Below, one piece after another: positions 10,016 to 17,582 of a stretch of 32,000 nucleotides of DNA. The translations under genes were made by a program, and so were the position numbers. The DNA is from Telmatocola sphagniphila. Its GTDB lineage: Bacteria; Planctomycetota; Planctomycetia; Gemmatales; Gemmataceae. The first letter of the stretch is position 1. Each line of letters begins with the position of its first letter. The stretch covers positions 780,001 through 812,000 of the forward strand of contig NZ_CP074694.1 of the NCBI RefSeq assembly GCF_018398935.1, read 5' to 3'. Below the pieces are notes generated by a model. That model was not told where the DNA came from. It searched no databases and worked only from the letters and a program-made list of their open reading frames with translations.

Positions 10016-10654
10016 TCAAATTTTACTAGAAAATTCGATTCGGAGGCCTGTCGCAGTGTCCGCAGTGTACAAATATTCCAAAGTACCCCCCAACTGCGCA
10101 ACCCTCATCTGCACTTCCAGAAGCGTTGGATTGGGCTTCTTGGCCCAATCCGCGTTTGCGAATAAGGAACTGAGGTTACTAAAACTCAGTGTCTGGCTAG
10201 TCGCCGAGCTTCGCAACCGGATTTCCAAGGTCTGACCGCGAGCGGGATCGCCATTTTCGACCACGCGCTGAACCAGCCGGTAGCAGGTCAGGGCGGTAGT
10301 CCGATCCCATTTCAAGTTTCGCGGCTCGGTATCCAACTGGTAACTCTTCTCGTGGAGTTCCGGGGCATTTCGGAGATACCAGCTCAGTGCGGTGACCAGT
10401 CCCAGATCGTCTAGTAGAGAAGGACGGAGAGCCAGCGAGCGATCCCGGACTTTTTTCAGAGTGTCATCGATTAATTGAGTGCAGTTATCGGTAGCCGATT
10501 TCGAAGATTCGGATTGAAGCAGATTCATTTTCAGAAGAATCAGCGACTGGGAGACTTCGTCGTGCAGGAATCGCGCCAAATCCCGTCGAAGAATCTCGTG
10601 CTCCTCAATGAGATGACTGCATAAGTCGACTACGGCAGCGGGGTGGGACTGCAA
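10016..10654 (-). CDS. soluble HisKA_3-type histidine-kinase-like protein with degenerate ATP-binding domain
   Basis: 212 aa from a TTG start as drawn by the track. It has an H-box (DLARFLHDEVSQSL) but no TM or sensor domain. The region aligned to the HATPase N/G1/G2 boxes (LVQRVVENGDPA ... SFSNLSSLF ... LLEVQMRVAQLGGTL) lacks the usual Asn, DxGxG and GxGL residues. Confidence 0.6.
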   Translation of the reverse strand: MQSHPAAVVDLCSHLIEEHEILRRDLARFLHDEVSQSLILLKMNLLQSESSKSATDNCTQLIDDTLKKVRDRSLALRPSLLDDLGLVTALSWYLRNAPELHEKSYQLDTEPRNLKWDRTTALTCYRLVQRVVENGDPARGQTLEIRLRSSATSQTLSFSNLSSLFANADWAKKPNPTLLEVQMRVAQLGGTLEYLYTADTATGLRIEFSSKI

Positions 10655-10716
10655 ACCGATTCTCGTATTTCTGGAAATATGATCCTGAATCTTAAGATGT
10701 CAACGATAACAATGCT

Positions 10717-10870
10717 TAGTTTACGCAGTTGGCAAAGTCAATCTGCATACATTGCCTAGAGGATTTATTCCGAAAATTTCTAGACTTCGCTGTTTGCGTA
10801 AACTAGAGATTTTAAATGCTAATTTGCCCGGTCGTTGGGAGAATTCAATCCCCTTCGCCTAACGCCTAGA
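10717..10870. promoter_or_regulatory. divergent promoter region with 11-bp perfect inverted repeat and clustered CTAGA-N(1-2)-ATT motifs
   Basis: TAGTTTACGCA (10717-10727) and its exact reverse complement TGCGTAAACTA (10795-10805). CTAGAGGATTT is at 10756-10766 and AAATTTCTAGA at 10774-10784 (inverted copy). CTAGAGATTT is at 10803-10812 and GCCTAGATAATT at 10864-10875. All lie in the AT-rich gap between the HK-like operon and the LOV kinase. Confidence 0.4.
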
Positions 10871-10900
10871 TAATTACAAAATAGCTACCGGAGATCTCAA

Positions 10901-12226
10901 TTGGATTTCTTTAGCCCAAATAGCGATCCTCAATCTTCCCATGCTTCAGACAGTTGCGACACTAAAGCAAAAGCGCAACAGAATGATTTAGCGAAGGAAA
11001 ACAAGAATTGCATGAGCAATTCGGTTCGAACTTCGCCTCCGGTCGTTTCGACCTGGTCGATCAGTTCCGATGATTTGACCCCTCCCGCATTCGAATTCAG
11101 CGATAACACCGAGGAGGTCAATCCGCCCCTTTGGAAGCAGAATAAGATCTTCGACTCGCTGGTTCAGGGCATCATCATCACCGATCCCCTGCAAAAAGAT
11201 AATCCCATTGTCTATGTGAATCCCAGCTTCGTCCGCCAGACCGGCTATGGTGGGGAAGAGGTGCTCGGTCGGAACTGCCGATTTCTGCAAGGACCCAAAA
11301 CCAGCCCCGTGGCCCTGAACGAATTACGCTCGGCGGTGCGGACGCGGACCTCCTGCATGGTCGAAATTCTCAACTATCGTAAAGATGGTAGTACCTTCTG
11401 GAACGCCCTGACCATCAATCCGATTTTCGACAACAACGGGCAACTGATCTATTTTCTCGGTGTTCAGACGGAAATCACCAATCTGAAGAACGTCGAAGAA
11501 AAGCTCCGGCAATCGCAGAAAATGGAAGCCGTCGGACGCCTGGCCGGCGGAGTAGCCCACGACTTTAACAACCTGCTGACGATTATCGCTGGCTACGGCG
11601 AAATACTCCTCGAGGGTTTTTCACCGAACGACCCACGCCGGGAAATGCTTCTCGAAGTGAAAAAAGCGACCGATCGAGCTTCGATTTTGACTCACCAGCT
11701 TCTGGCCTTCAGCCGGAAGCAAGTTCTGCAACCCGCACTTTTGAATCTCAACACGGTCATTACCAATGGGGAAAAGAATCTCCGCTATCTGCTCGGGGAT
11801 GGCATTTCGCTCATCATCAACTTGGATATGACGATTGAAAAAGTGCAGGCCGATCTGGCGCAGCTGGAGCGGATGCTCATGAATCTGGTCGCCCACTCGC
11901 GCTCGTTTCTCAATGTCGGCGGCAAGCTGACAATTGAAACGTCCAAAGCTTTATTGGACGAAAATTATTGTCGATCGCACCCCGCTTTGAAACCGGGAAG
12001 CTATGTGGTGCTTTCCGTCAGCGACGACGGTATGGGGATGGACGATGAGAGCATTTCCCAGGTGTTCGAGCCCTTCTTCTCCTCGCGTACGACTGGAGAG
12101 TCGGGGGGCATGGGAATGGCGATGGTGGAAGGATTCATTAAGCAAACGGGCGGATATATTTCCGCCAGTTCCGAACGAGGCGCCGGCACGACTTTTCGCA
12201 TTTATTTCCCAACTCTGAAAATATGA
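10901..12226 (+). CDS. LOV-domain (blue-light, flavin-binding) sensor histidine kinase
   Basis: The LOV core reads [44 protein letters not shown], with the adduct-forming Cys codon at 11276-11278. Further motifs are the HisKA H-box [15 protein letters not shown]1 SDDGMGMD, and FEPFFSS...GGMGMAMV. The TTG start at 10901 has GGAG 7 nt upstream, and an alternative ATG lies at 11012. Confidence 0.85.
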   Translation: MDFFSPNSDPQSSHASDSCDTKAKAQQNDLAKENKNCMSNSVRTSPPVVSTWSISSDDLTPPAFEFSDNTEEVNPPLWKQNKIFDSLVQGIIITDPLQKDNPIVYVNPSFVRQTGYGGEEVLGRNCRFLQGPKTSPVALNELRSAVRTRTSCMVEILNYRKDGSTFWNALTINPIFDNNGQLIYFLGVQTEITNLKNVEEKLRQSQKMEAVGRLAGGVAHDFNNLLTIIAGYGEILLEGFSPNDPRREMLLEVKKATDRASILTHQLLAFSRKQVLQPALLNLNTVITNGEKNLRYLLGDGISLIINLDMTIEKVQADLAQLERMLMNLVAHSRSFLNVGGKLTIETSKALLDENYCRSHPALKPGSYVVLSVSDDGMGMDDESISQVFEPFFSSRTTGESGGMGMAMVEGFIKQTGGYISASSERGAGTTFRIYFPTLKI

Positions 12227-12510
12227 ACTCTCCAGGTACCGCCTCAGGTCCCGGTCCTCCTCGATTAGAATTCAACTCATTAAGGCCGGCTTAGTAATTT
12301 TCACGCCGGCACTCCATCGCCAGCCGTATCCTCTCAGGGATTTCCTGAAATCGCCCTGAAATAGTACAGGCTAGAATTCCTTTGAAATGAATGGGCCAGC
12401 AAGCGCTGATTCAAGTATGTCGAGTCGGAGGCGATCCGACATGCATTCATTAAACCGGCCTGACGGTTAAGGGAACACCTTCCCGACCGCGGTTTGAAGC
12501 AGAGGAAAAA

Positions 12511-14811
12511 ATGCAAAAGACTGTTACCGGCTCCGGAGGAGCTACCCTGAACTTTGAAAATGAGATAAAGCCCATGCAGCGCCCAGTGGATCCGTACGAG
12601 AAAGCTCCGCCCCTGGAATTTCGCGCTCGCGATTATCTTCACGATTTGCTTGACGAAAACATTGTGATGGCGGACGATTGGAAAAATCTCCCTTCGCACG
12701 ATCAAGAAGCCGTTTTCAGCTCTCGAACAGTCGATGCCCTGCTGCGCAACATGATGCGTTTCGGATTGATCAACAAGTTTCAATCGGAACGATTGCGCAG
12801 TGGCCGTCGGTTTGGTCTGGTGATCAACAGTTATCGCATCCTCGGCCATCTCGGCTCGGGCGGCATGGGAGTGATCTATGTCGGCGAGCATATCCGCATG
12901 CGTTATCGCGTCGCCATCAAGACGCTGAATTGGTCGCGGAAGATCGACGAACAAATGGTCTCCCGCTTCTATGCCGAGGTCCGAGCGGTCGGTGAACTTC
13001 AGCATCCGAATATCGTCTCGGCACTCGATGCCGGCAGTATTCCCAATCCCGATCCGGAAATGCCCGAACTGCATTACTTCGTGATGGAGTACCTCGCCGG
13101 GCAGGACCTGGATTCGCTGGTTCGCAAGAAAGGACCGCTTTCGGTCGATCAGGCTTGCAAAATGGCTCATCAGGTGGCCGATGCACTCGCCGAAGCGCAT
13201 CGCAATAATCTGGTCCATCGAGACATCAAACCATCGAATATTCTGCTCACTTTCGCGGGCGTTGCCAAAGTGCTGGATTTCGGGCTGGCCCGCAATCTCG
13301 GCGAACGCATGACGCTTCCCGGCACGATTCTGGGAACTGTCGGTTACATGTCGCCCGAGCAGGCTCAAGATGCTTCCAGCGTGGACGGGCGTTCGGATCT
13401 TTATGGCCTCGGTGCGACCCTCTACTGGTGCCTGACGGGGAAAGATCCCTTTCCCGTCGGTGAGGAACCGGCTCAGGATCTCATCCACCGTCTCACGCAA
13501 CCGCCTCCTTCGATCCGCAAGATCAACCCCTCACTGCCTCAGGAACTGGATGAGCTCATTCAGAAAATGATGCAGGTGCACCCGGAAGACCGGCTGGGGG
13601 ACGCCAAAGAAGTGATGAAGCTGTTGATGCCCTTCCAGCATGCGTGCGTCGATCAGCTCTTGCCCGAGAAAAAGATCGGCAAGAAGCCCAAGACCATGGA
13701 TCAAGGCGGTGCCCAGCAGCGCCGGGTACTCGTGGTGGATGATGACAAAAACATCCGTTCGTTCAGCAAGATGATCCTTCAGGGCGATGGTTGTATCTGC
13801 GACGAAGCCGAGGATGGCGCGCAGGCGCTGGAGAAATTGACGCTGACACCTTACGATCTGGTGCTACTCGATATCAACATGCCGAATATGAACGGCACGG
13901 CGGCCTTGAGACAGATTCGCCAGACCTGCACGATACCGAACCTGAAAATTATGATGTTCTCCGGCGATTCGCAAGTCGATGATCTGGCGAAACTCCTGGT
14001 CGATGGGGCAGACGACTTTTTGCACAAGCCTTTTAGTGTCATTCAGTTTCGCTCGCGAGTCAAAACGGCCCTGCGTCACAAAGAAGCTCAGGATCGGGCC
14101 GATTTCTTGAATCGGCAATTGCTCAACGCCAACGCCAAACTGGAACAGAATCTGTTGGAGCAAAATTCCGATCTGGTTCTCATGCGAAACACCCTGATTC
14201 TCACGCTGGCAGATCTGGTGGAAGGAAAGTGCGCGGGAACCAAGAATCACCTGCGACGAATTCAGGCCTATGCTCGGGTACTCGGCGAAAAGGCTATGGC
14301 TTCCCCGCATTTTTCGGGGCAGATCGACGAAGCGTTTCTCCAGGCCCTCGAAGCTTGTTCGCCTCTACACGATATCGGCAATGCCGCCTTGCCAGATCAC
14401 ATTCTTCTGAAGCCGGGTAAACTGGTGCAGGATGAATTGATTCAAATGCAGGCGCACACAGTCATCGGTGCCGATACTCTCAAGAAGATCGCTCATTACG
14501 AGTGCTTCTCGCAGGGCTTCCTGCAAATGGCTGTCGATATCGCTCGCCATCACCATGAACGCTTCGATGGCTCTGGTTATCCAGATGGGCTCTCGGGCAT
14601 GGCCATTCCTTTGTCTGCTCGGATTGTCGCTATCGCCGATGTGTATGATGCTTTGCGATGTGCCAAGACTTACAAACCGGCGATTCAGCACAACACGGCT
14701 GTGAAGTCCATGGTCGACTGTTCGCCGGGCCAGTTCGATCCGAATTTGCTCGACATCTTCCACGATTGTTCGAGCGAGTTTGAAAAGATTTTTAAATCCC
14801 TGTCCGAGTGA
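12511..14811 (+). CDS. Ser/Thr protein kinase - receiver - HD-GYP phosphodiesterase fusion protein
   Basis: Kinase motifs are GSGGMGVIYVG, VAIKTL, HRDIKPSNILL, DFGLAR and SPEQ. Receiver motifs are VLVVDDD, DLVLLDINMPNMNG and FLHKPF. HD-GYP motifs are LHDIGNAALPDHILLKPGKL and ARHHHERFDGSGYPDGL. It is a single uninterrupted 766-aa ORF. Confidence 0.9.
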   Translation: MQKTVTGSGGATLNFENEIKPMQRPVDPYEKAPPLEFRARDYLHDLLDENIVMADDWKNLPSHDQEAVFSSRTVDALLRNMMRFGLINKFQSERLRSGRRFGLVINSYRILGHLGSGGMGVIYVGEHIRMRYRVAIKTLNWSRKIDEQMVSRFYAEVRAVGELQHPNIVSALDAGSIPNPDPEMPELHYFVMEYLAGQDLDSLVRKKGPLSVDQACKMAHQVADALAEAHRNNLVHRDIKPSNILLTFAGVAKVLDFGLARNLGERMTLPGTILGTVGYMSPEQAQDASSVDGRSDLYGLGATLYWCLTGKDPFPVGEEPAQDLIHRLTQPPPSIRKINPSLPQELDELIQKMMQVHPEDRLGDAKEVMKLLMPFQHACVDQLLPEKKIGKKPKTMDQGGAQQRRVLVVDDDKNIRSFSKMILQGDGCICDEAEDGAQALEKLTLTPYDLVLLDINMPNMNGTAALRQIRQTCTIPNLKIMMFSGDSQVDDLAKLLVDGADDFLHKPFSVIQFRSRVKTALRHKEAQDRADFLNRQLLNANAKLEQNLLEQNSDLVLMRNTLILTLADLVEGKCAGTKNHLRRIQAYARVLGEKAMASPHFSGQIDEAFLQALEACSPLHDIGNAALPDHILLKPGKLVQDELIQMQAHTVIGADTLKKIAHYECFSQGFLQMAVDIARHHHERFDGSGYPDGLSGMAIPLSARIVAIADVYDALRCAKTYKPAIQHNTAVKSMVDCSPGQFDPNLLDIFHDCSSEFEKIFKSLSE

Positions 14812-14818
14812 TTGAGTG

Positions 14819-14860
14819 GAGGGGTCGGTCGATTCGACCGGCCCCTCTAAATTTTATTTC
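14819..14860 (+). terminator. rho-independent terminator candidate after the kinase-REC-HD-GYP gene
   Basis: GAGGGGTCGGTCG-att-CGACCGGCCCCTC forms a 13-bp stem with one G-U pair. It starts 8 nt after the TGA stop and is followed by TAAATTTTATTTCTT. The T-rich tail overlaps the stop of the convergent peptidase gene. Confidence 0.55.
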
Positions 14861-16413
14861 TTGCTCGGCGGCAAACGCAGGACGGGGAAATCTTTCCCTT
14901 CCTCCATCGAAGAATCGAAGAAGTTCCAGGTCGCCAGGCCGTCCGCCGATTCGGGTTCCAGGATATATGCGGCCAGCGAACCGAGTTTCTGGCTGGTTTT
15001 CACCAGATAATCGCCCGCTTCAATTTTCCGCTTCTCAGTTCGGGGCGTCACTTTTAAAGTGACCGGCTGGTGCTTCTCGAACGTCCGCGATTTGGTGATC
15101 TTGTCCACTCGATAGGCTTCGATTTCATACTCGCCCGCTTCTGCAAGTTTCTCCATCTCGATGCCATGATTTTTCAAGTTTTCCAGCACGCGAGTCTGGC
15201 TGGCCGGAATGACGTAACCGCGTGGCCGCGTCACGGTTTTTGTCGGCTCCGAACCGCCCATATACAGCACTTCGTACTCGACCGCTTTACCCGTCGGATG
15301 GCGCTTACCGTCTTTCAGTTCCACCACTTCCCCGAGAACCTTATAAGGTCGGCCGTAGGGAACTGGCTTGGTTTGCAGTACGACACCGGGTTGGCCGTCG
15401 GAGGATAGGCCGGCCTTGATGGTCGTTTCGCGCGCCTCGGCCAGAAGCTTCTTCACTTCGTCTTTATGCTCCTGGATGTACTCGCTGATGGTCTGAACGA
15501 AGGATTTGCCCGATAGAGTACGATCCTTGAAGGAAGCATAGCTATAGGATTCCGATAAGATCGAAATCTTGTTGCAGATGCCGAAGTAATGAAATCCATA
15601 GCGCGGCGTGGGAGGCACTGAATCCCAAATGGTATTTCCCTTGGCGAAGTTGCCGTAGAAGAAGGTCTTGTACCCGGTTGTTTTCTCCATTCTTCGGCCC
15701 ACTTCGGGGAAGAGACGATCGCGCGTCAAATCGACCAGACGTTTGTCGCCCGCCGGTGAACTGCCACCTTCGTAGGTCAGCGTATACTTGTGGTAGGAGC
15801 CGTTGGTCGTGTGCATGTCGATACAGACGGCCGGATCCCAGAGGTTCACGAAGCGGACCAGAGCTTTCACTTCCGGGCTTTCGAGCTTGACGAAATCGCG
15901 ATTCAAATCGAGTTCTTGAGCGTTCGCACGGATGCCGACCAGTGTCGGTCCGCCCTGTTCGGGGCGGTGCTTGTCGAATCGTTCGTTACCGTCGGCATTG
16001 AAAATGGGGGCGAATACCAGTATCAGATCTTTGAGCAGCGGATGTTCTTTGGTCGTGGCGATTTCCCGGGCCAGAATCTGCAATGCTTCTTTGCCATCGA
16101 CTTCGCCGGCATGAATGTTACCCCAGGCGAAAATAATCAGTTTGCCCGATTTCGCAGCCTCTTGAGGTGTTGCCACCGGCGGATCGGCGATAATCATCAC
16201 CGGCAGTTTACGGCCCTCCTGGCTGGTGCCCAACTCCGTCAGCCGGACTTTGGGTGATGCCTTGGCCAGATTCTGACAAAAGTCCACCACATCGCTATAG
16301 CGCGAGGTTTCCTGGTAATTTGTTTTTTCCACTACTGTTTGAGGGGGGTCCTCAGCGTGGATCAAGCTGGGAAATAAGCAAAAAAATGAGAACAGCCAAA
16401 GTCGCTTCGTCAT
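14854..16413 (-). CDS. secreted M14-family zinc carboxypeptidase
   Basis: The track ORF extends to 16701. I trimmed it to the ATG at 16413, which yields a signal peptide (MTKRLWLFSFFCLFPSLIHA). The zinc HxxE motif sits in FAWGNIHAGEVDGKEA, with DLNRDF and CIDMHTTNG downstream. Confidence 0.75.
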   Translation of the reverse strand: MTKRLWLFSFFCLFPSLIHAEDPPQTVVEKTNYQETSRYSDVVDFCQNLAKASPKVRLTELGTSQEGRKLPVMIIADPPVATPQEAAKSGKLIIFAWGNIHAGEVDGKEALQILAREIATTKEHPLLKDLILVFAPIFNADGNERFDKHRPEQGGPTLVGIRANAQELDLNRDFVKLESPEVKALVRFVNLWDPAVCIDMHTTNGSYHKYTLTYEGGSSPAGDKRLVDLTRDRLFPEVGRRMEKTTGYKTFFYGNFAKGNTIWDSVPPTPRYGFHYFGICNKISILSESYSYASFKDRTLSGKSFVQTISEYIQEHKDEVKKLLAEARETTIKAGLSSDGQPGVVLQTKPVPYGRPYKVLGEVVELKDGKRHPTGKAVEYEVLYMGGSEPTKTVTRPRGYVIPASQTRVLENLKNHGIEMEKLAEAGEYEIEAYRVDKITKSRTFEKHQPVTLKVTPRTEKRKIEAGDYLVKTSQKLGSLAAYILEPESADGLATWNFFDSSMEEGKDFPVLRLPPSKK

Positions 16414-16530
16414 GGTTTTCCTCCGTGCCGTGATTCTATGAAGAATCAATAATTGCTGCGAGAATGCTCCAAGTCGCCGGGACAAACGATTCATAAAATC
16501 AGGAGACGTATCTTCCAAGTCGAGGGATCT

Positions 16531-17577
16531 ATGCCATTGGCCAGAACAGACACACCTGCCGGACTGGGCTACCGGATGCCGGCCGAATGGGAACCGCACG
16601 CCGCGACCTGGATCGCCTGGCCGCATCAGAAGTCCGATTGGCCAGGTAAGATCGCACCCATTCCCTGGGTCTATACCGAGATCGTTCGCCATCTGCACCA
16701 ATCGGAAAAAGTGAATCTGCTGGTGGCGGATTCCAGGATGGAAGCTGCGGCCCGCCGCTACCTGCTAAAAGGAGGTGTCGATCTCACGAAAGTACACTTC
16801 TGGCAGCAACCGACCAACCGCGTCTGGACCCGAGATTACGGCCCGATTTTCGTGGTGAACGACAAACACCAAAAGGGAATGTTGGACTGGCGATTCAACG
16901 CCTGGGCTAAGTATCCAGACTGGAAACAGGACGATGCGATTCCCGGAAAGCTGAATAAGAAATTGAAGCTGCCGGCCTGGCAACCTTTCTGTCACGACAA
17001 GCGAGTGGTACTCGAAGGGGGTAGCATCGATCCCAATGGCAAGGGAATGCTCTTAACAACCGAAGAATGCCTTTTAAGTCCGGTGCAGGAACGTAATCCG
17101 GGAATGAACCGAGCCGATTACGAAAAGGTTTTTCACGATTACCTGGGCATCAAAAAAGTGATCTGGTTGAACCAAGGTATTGTCGGCGACGATACGCACG
17201 GCCACGTAGATGATCTGGCTCGCTTTGTGAATGCCAAATCCATCGTTACCATTCGCGAGCCGAACGCCGCCGATCCCAATCATGCGATTCTGGAAGAGAA
17301 CTGGGATCGCCTGAAATACACCAAGCTGGATATCATCGCCCTACCAATGCCGGAACCGGTTGTCTTCAACGGCCAGCGTCTGCCTGCCAGCTATGCGAAT
17401 TTCTACATCGCCAACACGGTTGTTCTCGTTCCGACCTTCAACGATCCGAATGATAGAGAAGCTTTAGGGATTTTGGCTGAGTTGTTCCCCGATCGCAAAG
17501 TGGTCGGCATTCACGCGGTCGATCTGGTCTGGGGGCTGGGAACCTTGCATTGCATGACCCAGCAGGAGCCCCGATAA
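16531..17577 (+). CDS. aguA: agmatine deiminase (porphyromonas-type peptidyl-arginine deiminase family)
   Basis: Trimmed to the ATG at 16531 (MPLARTDTPAGLGYRMPAEWEPHAATWIAWPH). Motifs are WTRDYGPIFV, EGGSIDPNGKG, and the C-terminal catalytic-Cys context GTLHCMTQQEP. Confidence 0.85.
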   Translation: MPLARTDTPAGLGYRMPAEWEPHAATWIAWPHQKSDWPGKIAPIPWVYTEIVRHLHQSEKVNLLVADSRMEAAARRYLLKGGVDLTKVHFWQQPTNRVWTRDYGPIFVVNDKHQKGMLDWRFNAWAKYPDWKQDDAIPGKLNKKLKLPAWQPFCHDKRVVLEGGSIDPNGKGMLLTTEECLLSPVQERNPGMNRADYEKVFHDYLGIKKVIWLNQGIVGDDTHGHVDDLARFVNAKSIVTIREPNAADPNHAILEENWDRLKYTKLDIIALPMPEPVVFNGQRLPASYANFYIANTVVLVPTFNDPNDREALGILAELFPDRKVVGIHAVDLVWGLGTLHCMTQQEPR

Positions 17578-17582
17578 AATTT

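Noticed and set aside
12227-12510. Possible terminator or riboswitch in the 285-bp gap between the LOV kinase and the kinase-REC-HD-GYP gene (GCCGGC...GCCGGC at about 12284-12309, GTCGGA-ggcga-TCCGAC at about 12424-12440)
   Set aside because: Stems are only 6 bp, loops are long or U-tracts are absent, and I recognise no known riboswitch core. Whether the two genes are co-transcribed cannot be decided from sequence alone.
12334-13500. 388-aa ORF on the minus strand overlapping the start of the kinase-REC-HD-GYP gene
   Set aside because: It lies antisense to a gene with unmistakable kinase motifs. Its translation is low-complexity (Arg/Gly/His-rich) with no recognisable motifs. This is a typical shadow ORF in moderately GC-rich coding DNA.
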